Of a stretch of 64,000 nt of DNA, positions 25,072 to 35,778 are shown in pieces. The notes beneath the pieces are model-generated. The model made no database searches, was not told where the DNA came from, and saw only the letters and a list, made by a program, of their open reading frames with translations. Within the stretch, counting starts at the first letter, position 1. Each line of letters begins with the position of its first letter. Origin of the DNA: Nemertoderma westbladi (taxonomy: Eukaryota > Animalia > Xenacoelomorpha); contig JAUCBJ010008380.1 of the NCBI GenBank assembly GCA_032718475.1, positions 1 through 64,000 on the forward strand, in the 5' to 3' direction. The translations under genes were made by a program, and so were the position numbers.

Positions 25072-26136
25072 CTATCCCCTATCCCTCCCTATCCGGGCAT
25101 GCAAATCATTCCGCACGCGCTTACCCTCTATCTCTCTCTCTCTATCCCCTCGTATACTCTGCTCGGCCAACTCTGCCCCTCTCGCAACCATCTCAAAACA
25201 CCTCGCCGGCTCGTCATCTACTCTCATCTCCCGCTCTCTACACTCCTCGGCTCTCTCTCTACACTCCCTCTCTAACTCTTTCTGGTCTAGCGCCGCAATT
25301 GTCGATTTATACGCCAGATTTATCTCCCGCACCCTTCTTTCTTTTGCGGAGGATGTAGCAGACTTATCGGTTGCGACGGACTCCCGTCGCCTTCCCATCC
25401 TACTAACTTTCCCCCTCCTCCCGGAATTTTCTCTGACCGACGAGACCGAATCCTCGGGGTTAACCTCGGATTCGCTCTCCTGCAGTCTCCTCCAACCCAC
25501 CAATTTTACTCCCCGGGCATCAACTAAGTATGGCCCTACGTACACTACGCTAGGTTCCAAACCCCTACATTCCCATAGTTCAAACAGTTCGCTGGCAACC
25601 CCTCTCGCTCTCTCATCGGCTAGTTCTCCCTGCCCGAAGCGCACTTAGTAATCAAAATGTTTGTTCGACTCACCTAGCCGCTTCTTTAACTTCACCTCGT
25701 CTATCTTGGCCCCTCCTTTGGCTTCTCTTAGCTGTTTCCGGGTCGCGGCGTAGGTTCGTCGGAGCCGGTCGCTGACCCCGACGTCCTCGTCGCCGACTTC
25801 TCCTTTATCCCTCCGTGTCCGGTGTCGTACCGGCGGCCCCACCGTTGCCGTTCCAGTGGGCCGTCCGTCGCCCTCGGCCTGTGGCTGGCCGGCGACATCG
25901 GCACGTCGACCGCCGCTGTGTGTCGACTCGTCTCTCTCCTCTCTCGACTCGTCTCTCCCTTCTCTCGACTCGTCTCCTCGTTGTAGACGGCCCCCCTCCT
26001 CTTGGATTGCTGGATCGCCTGTGGCCGACGAACCCGGCGTCGTGGGTCGGTACCGTCGCGTCGCAGCCTCGCGGATCGTTAGGTCTTTATCATCGTCCGG
26101 GGTCCGCGGCGGTGTCGTTTCTCTCTCTCGACTCAT
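25072..26136 (-). pseudogene. Extra upstream ORF (~354 codons, one internal TAA) of element 1, function unknown
   Basis: ORFs 25645-26136 and 25072-25644 abut in the same frame. ATG lies ~90 bp inside the 5' LTR. Charged, coiled-coil-like composition. Confidence 0.55.
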
Positions 26137-26880
26137 CTTTATCTGGCTGACAGTTAGTTAGAGTTTGGCTTCTATTGGGCAACAGTTGGTTCTAATCTCT
26201 CAGGGCAGCTGGTTGGATCTAATCACTGTGACGGGATCCACCGAGGATCCCGGTTTATCCGGTGTCTAATCTACGCGTCCCCGCCGTGTGTATCTGAAAA
26301 GAGTTCTGGGTTGTTGATTGATCGATGTATATAGACGTAAGGGTATGATATAAGATATAAAATATAGCACAGTTAAAGTGAGTGATAGAATGTACCGGTA
26401 AAATGGCTTAATATTGCTGACAGTAGACAGAGATGGTGATTAGAGTTCCGGTACTGCCCTAACTAACTGACTTACTGAAGTGAATGAATTGGCACAACGA
26501 ATGATAATATATATTGCACTGGTTGGCCGCATTACGTTACTCAGTGGATGCCTTCCCCCCATTGGCTAATAACTCACTTCTCACCCTCCCATCTCTCTGG
26601 GAGTGCCTCCGCCCGCTGCTGTCACTCTCTCCCTCCCGGAGGTGTAACCTCTGACCCCCGCTGTGTGTGTGTCCCTTTGGGGTTTGTCGCCCCGCTTATT
26701 GGGGTGATACAAGGTTGATTGGTAATCAACCTTGTACTCCCAATATTGCTTAAGGGTCTCGCTGACCCAACTTTATGGGGGTTGGTGAGGCGGAATTGAA
26801 TACGCTCACATGGGGAGTGAAAATTTTCTGTTACATTGGTATGAGTTTTTGTCCGTTTGGGATGTTGACGTACAGTAGGC

Positions 26881-27012
26881 AGGCAGGCAGGTAGGGTAAA
26901 ACAGCCCAATCGGGCTATAATTATGTAGCCCGATCGGGCTATAATTATGTAGCCCAATCGGGCTATAAGGAAGATTATTACCATATAAGGTAATATAGCC
27001 CGATCGGACTAC
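26881..27012. repeat. Short tandem array of the palindrome tagcccgatcgggcta (MITE arm remnant)
   Basis: 4 copies at ~26902, 26926, 26950, 26996. Confidence 0.7.
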
Positions 27013-27229
27013 ATTACACACTAAAGTCAGAAAGTACTTTTGATTTCGTCTCATTGACCAAATTTATGGTCAATACAGTCTGACACTGACAGTATATATA
27101 TTTAATTCTGTAATATTACAGGTCTGTAGCATCATATTGTATATCTTGTATTATTCAATCCGTTCTAGAGTTAAAGTAAGTATAGTAACAGTTATGGCAA
27201 TGATAAAATATAAAATATTAGACTTGATA

Positions 27230-30111
27230 TTGTGAGTTACGGTTCAACACAGATTTCGCAAAAAAAACTCGTCATCATGATAATCAAACGTCAAACCAAC
27301 GCACGAAGTACATGCCCAGCTCTCATCGCAAATGTCGCACAAAACCCAGATAGCCTGGTTTTCAGCTATATCACAATGCCAGTCTTTCTGACATTTGTAG
27401 CAATAGTTACTATCAGTACCACCGGTTACTCGTGGGACAATTGATTTGGATGTTGAAGGATAGACATTGATGTCATTGGTCGATTGTTGAGGTAGATCGG
27501 CTGGTTGACCTTGGTTCGATGTATTGAGTTGAGGTAGATCGGCTGGTTGACCTTGGTTCGATGTATTGAGTTGAGGTAGATCGGCTGGTTGACCTTGGTT
27601 CGATGTATTGAGTTGAGGTAGATCTGCTGGTTAACCTTGGTTCGATGTATTGAGTTGAGGTAGATCGGCTGGTTGAACTTGGTTCGATATATTGAGTTGA
27701 GGTAGATTGGCTGGTTGACCTTGGTTCGATATATTGAGTTGAGGTAGATTGGCTAGTTGACCTAGGTTCGATGTATTGAGTTGAGGTAGATCGGCTGGTT
27801 GACCTTGGTTCGATGTATTGAGTTGAGGTAGATTGGCTGGTTGACCTTGGTTCGATGTATTGAGTTGAGGTAGATCGGCTGGTTGACCTTGGTTGGATAT
27901 GGCTATGGCAGTAGAGATTCCAGGCTGCTTTTGCTTGGCTGCTTTGACTTGGCTTCGCTTTGCTGCTGATGCTACTCTCCTAGCATATGCCTTGTTCCTT
28001 GCTGTAGCCTTTGATGCTTCCTTTCCAGCTAGTATTTCAGCTGCATTTGCAGCTTGAATTGCCTCCACCTCCTCCAGCGTCACCGATGTGCCAGGCTCAA
28101 GGCCTACCTTGCGTCTCCTCTTCCTGGGTTGATCAGTAGTATCCGATGTTCTTATCTGTTCGAGGTAATTGATCACAGATTGCCCAACTGACTCTCTACA
28201 GTCATGGCTTTCCTTATCAGTTCGATATTTCACCAACTTCATCAGCACTCGGGTGCGGTTAATTGGTACAATACCACATGCTGCAAATCCAGCTTGTATA
28301 TTCGGCTTTGATTTCGCATCAATGGCTGTTAACAGTTCCGTTAACAGACTTGGGAAGATATCCTTTTCTACAACAGACGCTCGCGGGTGTGACCTCTTAT
28401 ATTTAGTGATTATCGCTCGCCAAGCCTTCTTTAAAAGGGCGAAATAGGCGACATCTAAGGGCTGACATATATGTGTCGTATTAGCGGGAAGAAACGTGAA
28501 TCTAATGTTATTCTCTGAGCAAAGCCGCAAAACTTCTTGGTTCAAATGAGCACTCACGTTATCTCCTATTACGACCTTAACACCCTCTATCCGTCTTGCC
28601 CAGGGAACCACAATCTTCTTAAACCAATCGTCAAATGTCTTACTATCGAACCATCCAGAATCGGTCCTCCCATACCTCGTTCCTGGCGGCCCACCCTCGC
28701 ACCATGTTGACCACATTCCCACTCCCTTATAAACAACATATAAAGGCATAAAATCCCCAGCAGCTGTTCCCGCAAACATAAGAGATATTGCTCCCCTACT
28801 GTAGTTCATAATTCTTTCCGGGTATTTCACACCTCTCCGAAATATACATTTAATACTACCAGGATCATCACTTAAATTTGTTTCATCAAAGTTTAAAATA
28901 TTCTCCGGCGGAACATTTTCTAGAACCTTCTCAATGTTGTCGAAGTATGACTCTATTGTTTCTATCGTAGTTTGCGCTTTAGCAGTTTTTAGATTCTGCG
29001 CCTGACGTTTACTTAAAAATTCCTTTTTCCTCTCAAGAAAACGGTAACACCAATCCTCACCGGGGATGTTATCCTTAAATCGAGTTTTCCTTCCTTTACG
29101 GTTTAGGTAATCAGAAATGATGTATGCAAGTTCCCGTAATGACGTGGATAACCGAAATCAGCACAAACAATTATTAATCCTACGATAGTATCTTCCTCCT
29201 CCGGAAACAGTTGATAAGGAGCCCCATAATGACTTGAATGTTTCCCTTTCAGTTTGTTTTGTAGGGTAGCTCTAGGAATCCCATATACTTTCGCAATAGC
29301 GCGAATTGAAATAATTCCACTCCCACTCTTAGCATCCGATATAGCCTTCGCTAACGTCTCCTCTGAGTAGTCTGAATACCTTCTCGAGCCTAACTTCCTT
29401 TGATGATTCCTAGGCATTATTTCTATGCGTTATTTTAACAAACTTAGGCTAGAGTTCCTAGGACTATGTACTGATGTATGCTATACTATCTGACTATCTA
29501 GATAATCTATACTATCTACTCTAGACAGATAGATAGACTGAATATAGGCCTAAGCCACAGTCAGTACTGGTACTTTGATTTTATGCAGGGCAGCAGGGAG
29601 GTGCCTGTGCCTACTGGCCTCTACTAAATGTCAGTGAAATTGATTTATTTAATTTTTAATTGAAATTTGTCAGTTAATATAAAAATTTAGAATTTTGAAA
29701 AATTGTATGTTATTGGCCAAAGTAACCCCGAAAATATCAATTGATTTTTTCAATGGTAACTGCGGATTTTTTTTACGATTTTTATTTCTCAATGAGAAGC
29801 CTGGCATATATACTTACTTACCTCAGCAGAACACTGAGTTACTATAAGAGTAATTATGTTAACCACACAAGACTTGAAATTTATAAAAAATGTGATTTTT
29901 GTATAAATATAGAAAAGGGAAGAAATATTTGGCATATACTATATATTTCTATTTTATTTGTAACATGGCATAATGTCAGATATATATACTCTTCACCAGA
30001 GCCACTACTTTACGTTTTGCTATTTTCTACTTTGAGAAAAAATCATATTTATATTAACATATTGCATTTGGCCAAAGTAACCGCGGTGGCCAAAGTAACC
30101 ACTGATGACGG
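27230..30111 (-). mobile_element. pogo/Tigger-type DNA transposon, disrupted (HTH-psq, CENP-B HTH, DDE_1, 14-aa repeats, PHD-like finger)
   Basis: YSEETL..AI, IRAIAKVYGIPRATL, NFDETN, SGWFD, IGDNVSAH, LPANTTHICQPLDVAYF. TIR TA|CCGTCATCAGTGGTTACTTTGGCC at 30111; the other TIR was not found. Confidence 0.88.
27487..27900 (-). repeat. 42-bp minisatellite (~10 copies) encoding NQGQPADLPQLNTS
   Basis: Direct repeats of gttgaggtagatcggctggttgaccttggttcgatgtattga. Confidence 0.95.
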
Positions 30112-30268
30112 TACATTACCAGATTACATAACTCCCGTTTTAGTACTACCGGTACCGGTACTACAACAATTACAACATGTTTCTGTGTTTGTTTCTTTTT
30201 CAGTTTTTATTAGCTAACAATTAAGTCAGTAAGTCTGCCTTTGTAAAGCAAACAGGCTTCCAACGGAC

Positions 30269-31230
30269 ACAAGTCCCTAAAAGGTGCCACCCTGCTCCAT
30301 AGCGCGGGAAATTCAAATGATTTGAAAGAGATGTTTTTTGTACTGGAAAGGGTGGTAGATCAGATCTGCCACCTATATTTTGGCGGTAAATTCAAATCTG
30401 CTTTAACATTGAATACATCAATCTGTCAATAGAGTAAGACTAATATGTAATTAATTGACTCAGAATAAATTATTTATTATCGGTTTAACTCACTCATCCG
30501 TTATTGTTGTTGTTTTATCTATTTTGGGGCTTCGAGCAGCACGTGAACAACTAAGCTGACTGGTTAACTGCCAAACTGACTACTACAGTAAGAAGTTTAC
30601 ATTATTAAGTCCACTGCCCTAGCTCCTTGACCATTTAGTACGTACTGACGTACCCACGTACATACTGCAACACACGGTGTCACGCAATTTGTTATGGAAA
30701 TATGATAATATGTAATTTGATTCAACCGCTCGAAGTCCCAGACTAGTTAACCAATCAGCTTAGTTGTTCACGTGCTGCTCGAAGTCCCAGACTAGTTAAC
30801 CAGTCAGCTTAGCTGTTCACGTGCTGCTCGAAGTCCCAGACTAGTTAACCAGTCAGCTTAGCTGGTCACGTGCTACTCGAAGTCCCAAACTCGTTAACCA
30901 GTTAGCTTAATTGTTCGCGTGCTGCTCGAAGTCCCAGACTAGTTAACCAGTCAGCTTAGCTGTTCACGTGCTGCTCGAAGTCCCAGAATAGATAAAACAA
31001 CAACAATAACGGATGAGTGAGTTAAACCGATAAGAAATAATTTATTCTGATTCAATGAATTCATTAGTCTTACTCTATTCATGTATTCAATGTTAAAACA
31101 GATTTGAATTTACCGCCAAAATATAGGTGGCAGATCTGATCTGCCACCCTTTCCAGTACAAATTACATGTCTTTCAAATCATTTGAATTTCCCGCGCTAT
31201 GGAGCAGGGTGGCACCTTTTAGGGACTTGT
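30269..31230. mobile_element. Foldback/MULE-like MITE with ~300-bp TIRs and an internal 49-bp tandem array
   Basis: acaagtccctaaaaggtgccacc... / ...ggtggcaccttttagggacttgt; flanking direct repeat (t)tccaacggac(a); 49-bp units at 30728-30987. Confidence 0.93.
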
Positions 31231-31683
31231 TCCAACGGACATAATAGAAATAGATCATCTTTCAGTCTTTTACCAGTCCGGCACTTTGTCAATATCGACA
31301 TGTGTCAATATTGAGCTGTTGAGTGAGATGCAGACATGTGTCAAGTCAATATTGACAGTTTCAGCAGTTATTTTCAGCATTTATCATGCTGGATGAAGCC
31401 CTCTGAACAATTTCAACTGCTCTTTTCCTGTTTTTAGCATTTATCATGTCTGCATCTTGCGAATAAGGACTCTGAACAGTTGTATCAGCTCAATTCAGTA
31501 CCGGTACCTATTTAACGTGCTCAGCGAAGGCGTGAATAGTTTCAACAATTTCTGAACATTTTCTGTGATTCTCAACTGCTCAAGCTGCTCGACCTCGAAG
31601 GCCTCTGAACTGAACAGTTTCAACAGCTCTTTTCAGCATTTATCAGTTTATCATGCTGCACAATGCTGCAATGGTCTGATGGT

Positions 31684-32278
31684 GGGTGACAGACCGAACG
31701 TAATCAGGATCGAATGTAACATAGTTTTTACGAATCGAACGTAACCTCAATTATGTTACATTGGATCCTATAACTATGTTACATTCGATCTACAAATTAC
31801 TAAGCTCGAATGTAACATACATTTATTTCAGTTGTGTTTTGATTTCAGGAGTTAACCGATGAAATGCTTCGTTTATGTACAGGAAGAAACAGTTTGGCGT
31901 GTTGGTGAGTACAAAACAAAGACCCAAGACACAATTACATGACCTGCAATCTTGTAACATGTGTTAACTTTCGTTTATTGTTTTGGTTCCCCCAACACGC
32001 CTCTATAACCTGCTCCTTTCAGCCTTTAAATAAAAGTAACCTGCATAATCCTTTAACATCTGTCTGTCTGTTAACTTTCGTTTATTGTTTTGGTTCCCCC
32101 AACATGCCTCTGTAACCTGCTCCTTTAAATTTGTAAATGGCAATGTTACATTGAGCTTAGTAATTTGTAGATCGAATGTAACATAGTTATAGGATCCAAT
32201 GTAACATAATTGCAGTTACGTTCGATACGAAATAACCATGTTACATTCGATCCTGATTACGTTCGGTCATGTATCCCA
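31684..32278. mobile_element. MULE-like MITE with ~130-bp TIRs
   Basis: gaccgaacgtaatcaggatcgaatgtaaca... is inverted at 32150-32270; approximate 9-bp TSD caatggtct. Confidence 0.8.
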
Positions 32279-32410
32279 CAATGGTCTCTGATTCTGAGCA
32301 GCTTTGACATATCTTTTCAGTATTTCTCAAGGCTGCAAGATACACAAAGACCTCTGAGCAATTTAAACAGCTCATTTCAGCATTCCTAATGCTGACAAAG
32401 GCCTCTAAAC

Positions 32411-34294
32411 TAGTAAGCAACCGGGCCGGGTTTGGGTCACCCGGACCGGCCGGTCCTGGACCCGGCAAAAAAGACGCCGGGTACCGGCTGACCGGGTTTT
32501 ATTAAAATTAAGCACTTTGCGTGAATAAGAATGACAAGCCTGTTTGACATACCGGTACCTATATACATGGTAATAACCGGACTGGGGGCCCTCCAGTCCA
32601 AAACAATAAACAGTCACTTTACAAAATGAAGGGAAGGAGCAGGTTACACAGGCGGCCCTTTCTAACCAAAACAATAAACGGCCACTTTACCATATCAGGG
32701 AAAGAAGCAGGTTACAGAGGCGGGATTTCTAACCAAAACAACCGGTCAGTTAGGTCAGAGTAAACAACACACAGCACAGCAGAATATGTGGAGGGCCCTG
32801 AATCCGGATTGTACCATATACATAGGTACCAGACCAGTCAGCCAGTACAGTACACAAAGTTGCCTAAAGGGTTCCGCGTCGTTGGGTCCTTTGGTCGTTA
32901 GGTCCTGCGTCGTTAGGTCCTGCGTCGTTAGGTCCTGAGGCATTAGGTCCTGCGACATTAGGTCCTGCGTCATTAGGTCCTGTTGTGTCATATCGTGCGA
33001 CGTTAGGTCCTGTGGAGCGTCGTTAGGTCCTGCCTGCCTGCGTCGTTAGGTCCTGTATTCCACTACTGTACAGTGAACAGGCTGACAGCAGGACAGGTAC
33101 CGGTGTCCGGTAGGCCACTGTATACTGGTATACAAGGTAGGCCTATATGGCAATATCGTAGGTACCGGTAGTAGAAAGGGTAGGTCGGTATAAACGGTAG
33201 GTTGGCCTACTGCCGTTGCGAGGCAGTGTGCTGGGGTGGTAGACTACTTAACCGTGAACTTGAAAGAACTACTTAACTGAGTTATTTTTGTATACCGGTA
33301 CCATTCAAAATCGTTCTAATTTTTACTTTAATCATTTATTCATTCTTTATAGTGTTGTGTTTGTGTTATCATATGTTAATGTTGTTGAACATTTGTGAAA
33401 ATATGTGTTAGTAATGTTGAAGATAAAAGTAGTGCGGCTATTTGAATCAAGTTTTGAGTGGGCGTTTATTTGGGAGCGGGAGGGAGGGGGAACTTTTTTC
33501 TATTTATGTGAACTATTTTTGTAGGTCGTATGAGCAGTGCTCATGGGAACTGTGCTAGTCAATTGGTTTAGGAGAATGGTTTAGGGACGCAGTACTCGTC
33601 ACCATAGAACATTACAAGCCTCGTTGCGCTCGTCCTGTTTTATCCGAAAATATATTTCATAACGTAGACTGACGATGAACTGAAGATGACACTGTCGTCA
33701 TCGTCACCATAGAACATTACAAGCCTCATTGCGCTCGACCTGTTTTAGTCGAAAATATTTCTCATAACGTTAACTTTATAACTATGAAAAATGACAAAAT
33801 GAAATGTGAAATGAAAAATTAAAAAAACTGAAAAATCTGGAAACCCCCCAATCGCCAAAGCCGCAGAGGACCTAATGACGCAGGACCTAACGACCAAAGG
33901 ACCTAATGACGCTATTATAGAAGACCTAATGTCGCAGGACCTAATGACGCAGGACTTAACGCCGCAGGACCTAATGCCGCAGGACCTAACGACCACTCAC
34001 AGGACCTAATGACGCGGGACCTAACGACCAAAGGACCTAATGACACGTTACCGCCTAAAGTAGTAGGTAGTCAGGTGGTAGGCCTACGTAGTAGCATATC
34101 TTCTTACATTTTAGGCCTATATCATTTTCGATTTTTTTTTTCATTTTATTTTTATTTTGACATTTTTTTCGATTTTTTTTATTTGTATCATTTTTGATAT
34201 CACAAGTGTTGATCCGGACCCGGACCTGGACGCTGGACCCTGCCTTTTTGAGGCAGACCCGGACCCAGCAAATGTTCGACCCAGTTGTTTACTA
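32411..34294. mobile_element. hAT-type non-autonomous element
   Basis: TIRs tagtaagcaaccggg / cccagttgtttacta; 8-bp TSD ctctaaac (32403-32410 and 34301-34308); subterminal gacccg repeats. Confidence 0.85.
32870..34052. mobile_element. Merlin/MULE-like MITE with 15-bp tandem subrepeats, nested in the hAT element
   Basis: GG...CC termini, TSD gcctaaag, inverted arrays of cgttaggtcctgcgt / gcaggacctaatgac. Confidence 0.85.
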
Positions 34295-34810
34295 CCGGTA
34301 CTCTAAACAATTTCAACTGATTTTTTCTCAATTTATCATTCTGCATGAAGGCCTCTGAACAACTTTATCAGTTCTTTTCCGTATTTCTCATGCTGCAAGA
34401 AGGCCTGTGAACATTTCTCATGCTGCATGAAGGCCTGTGAACAGTTTTAACAGTTATTTTCATCATTTCTCATGCGGCATGACAGCATGAAGCCCTCTGA
34501 ACAGTTTCAACAGCTATTTTCAGCATTTCTCAAGCTGCACGAAGTCCTCTAAACAATCTCAACTGCTCTTTTCAGCATTTATCATGACTCAGAAAAGTTT
34601 TATCAGCTCTTTTCAGTATTTCACATGCTCCGCAAAGGCTTGAATAGTGTCAAATCAAAAGCGCTTCTCTGTGCTTCTCAAGCTGCTCGAAGGCCTCTGA
34701 AGTCTGAACAGTTTCCCCATCTCTTTTCAGCATTTATCATGCTGCACAAAGGCTGAAAGGTCTCTGAGCAGCTTTGACAGATCTTTTATGTATTTCTCAA
34801 ACTGTGCAAA

Positions 34811-35087
34811 GGCCTTACGGCAGATTGGATCCGCTAACATTTACCTAAAATTCAGATATTCTCCTGACCAATTTGCATGAGCAATATTAATTAATATCAG
34901 ATAAAGGCAATGCCTAATTTCACCACCTTAATGTGAAATTCCGTCAGTCACATATGACTGACGGAATTTTTTAGTTCGCTTCCAATTTAGGTATTCCTTT
35001 TATCGGATAGAATTAATATTGCTCTGCTCATGTATTTTGGTCATGAGATTATCTGAATTTGTGGAAAATAAAGTTTGCCAGAAAGCC
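34811..35087. mobile_element. Palindromic PIF/Harbinger-like MITE
   Basis: Central near-perfect palindrome aaattccgtcagtcacatatgactgacggaattt with degenerate inverted arms. Confidence 0.6.
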
Positions 35088-35778
35088 TTTGTGTTTCAGT
35101 AAAACTAAACTTTTCTATTATTTTCTGTGACTGGCGGAATTTCCAGCAGTTTTTTTTAGTTTGCAAAACTTTTTTTTGGCTGGAAGGCTTATTGAAATGC
35201 AAGATTTTTTGTGAAATAGTCTACTAAAGTGGTGCTTCTAAATTATACTTCCATTTGCATGATAGTGCACTGCACATCATATTCATTTTAATAAATTAAT
35301 ATGAAAAGGCCAATTATTAACACAATTATATGATTAATTTTCACGAGACTTTATATCCCGGTATTTTTTCTAAGTTGTCAAATATTTACTTATCTATACC
35401 CATTTCCTACACTTTGGATACTGTACTTTTAGGATATGGAAACCGTTTTTGGTGATATTGATGTTAATTTTTTGATGTTATGTCTGTATGTGTAACCCTA
35501 TTTCAATAATCCCCAATATTATTTGCAAAGTTTCATAAAATTTATTTAATTAGGCCCCTACCTGCCTACGCCTACCTTCAAAATGATATTATATGTCCAG
35601 TATGTCCACCAGTCTCCACTTTTAACGAATATGAAATTTTCACTGAAATGTCACTCCATTTATGGAATTGCCCACTTGAGAAATTATAAAAATGTACACT
35701 ACTGTGCATCTACCGGTAGCTTTGTAGTTTGATGTCCCACCGTTTTGTCTGCAGGCAGATATCGCGATACAGGTATTT

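Larger units (their letters stand above)
12250..26810 (-). mobile_element. BEL/Pao LTR element 1, gag-protease only (pol deleted)
   Basis: 5' LTR 26227-26810 (TGTGA...TCACA). 3' LTR 12250-12641 + 19616-19799 lacks its outer ~15 bp. PPT at 19800-19808. Confidence 0.9.
31350..34810. repeat. Old degenerate ~50-bp tandem repeat, interrupted by MITEs
   Basis: aaggcctctgaacagtttcaacagctcttttcagcatttatcatgctgca-like units at 31350-31670, 32280-32410 and 34300-34810. Confidence 0.75.

Noticed and set aside
30728-30987. U6 snRNA-derived repeat (gtgctgc.cgaag resembles the U6 5' end in reverse)
   Set aside because: The match is only ~12 nt and no other U6 sequence is present.
33595-33775. Hammerhead ribozyme/retrozyme in a ~107-bp duplication with CTGAAGA and a hairpin
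   Set aside because: No correctly placed GAAA or cleavage triplet closing a three-stem core.
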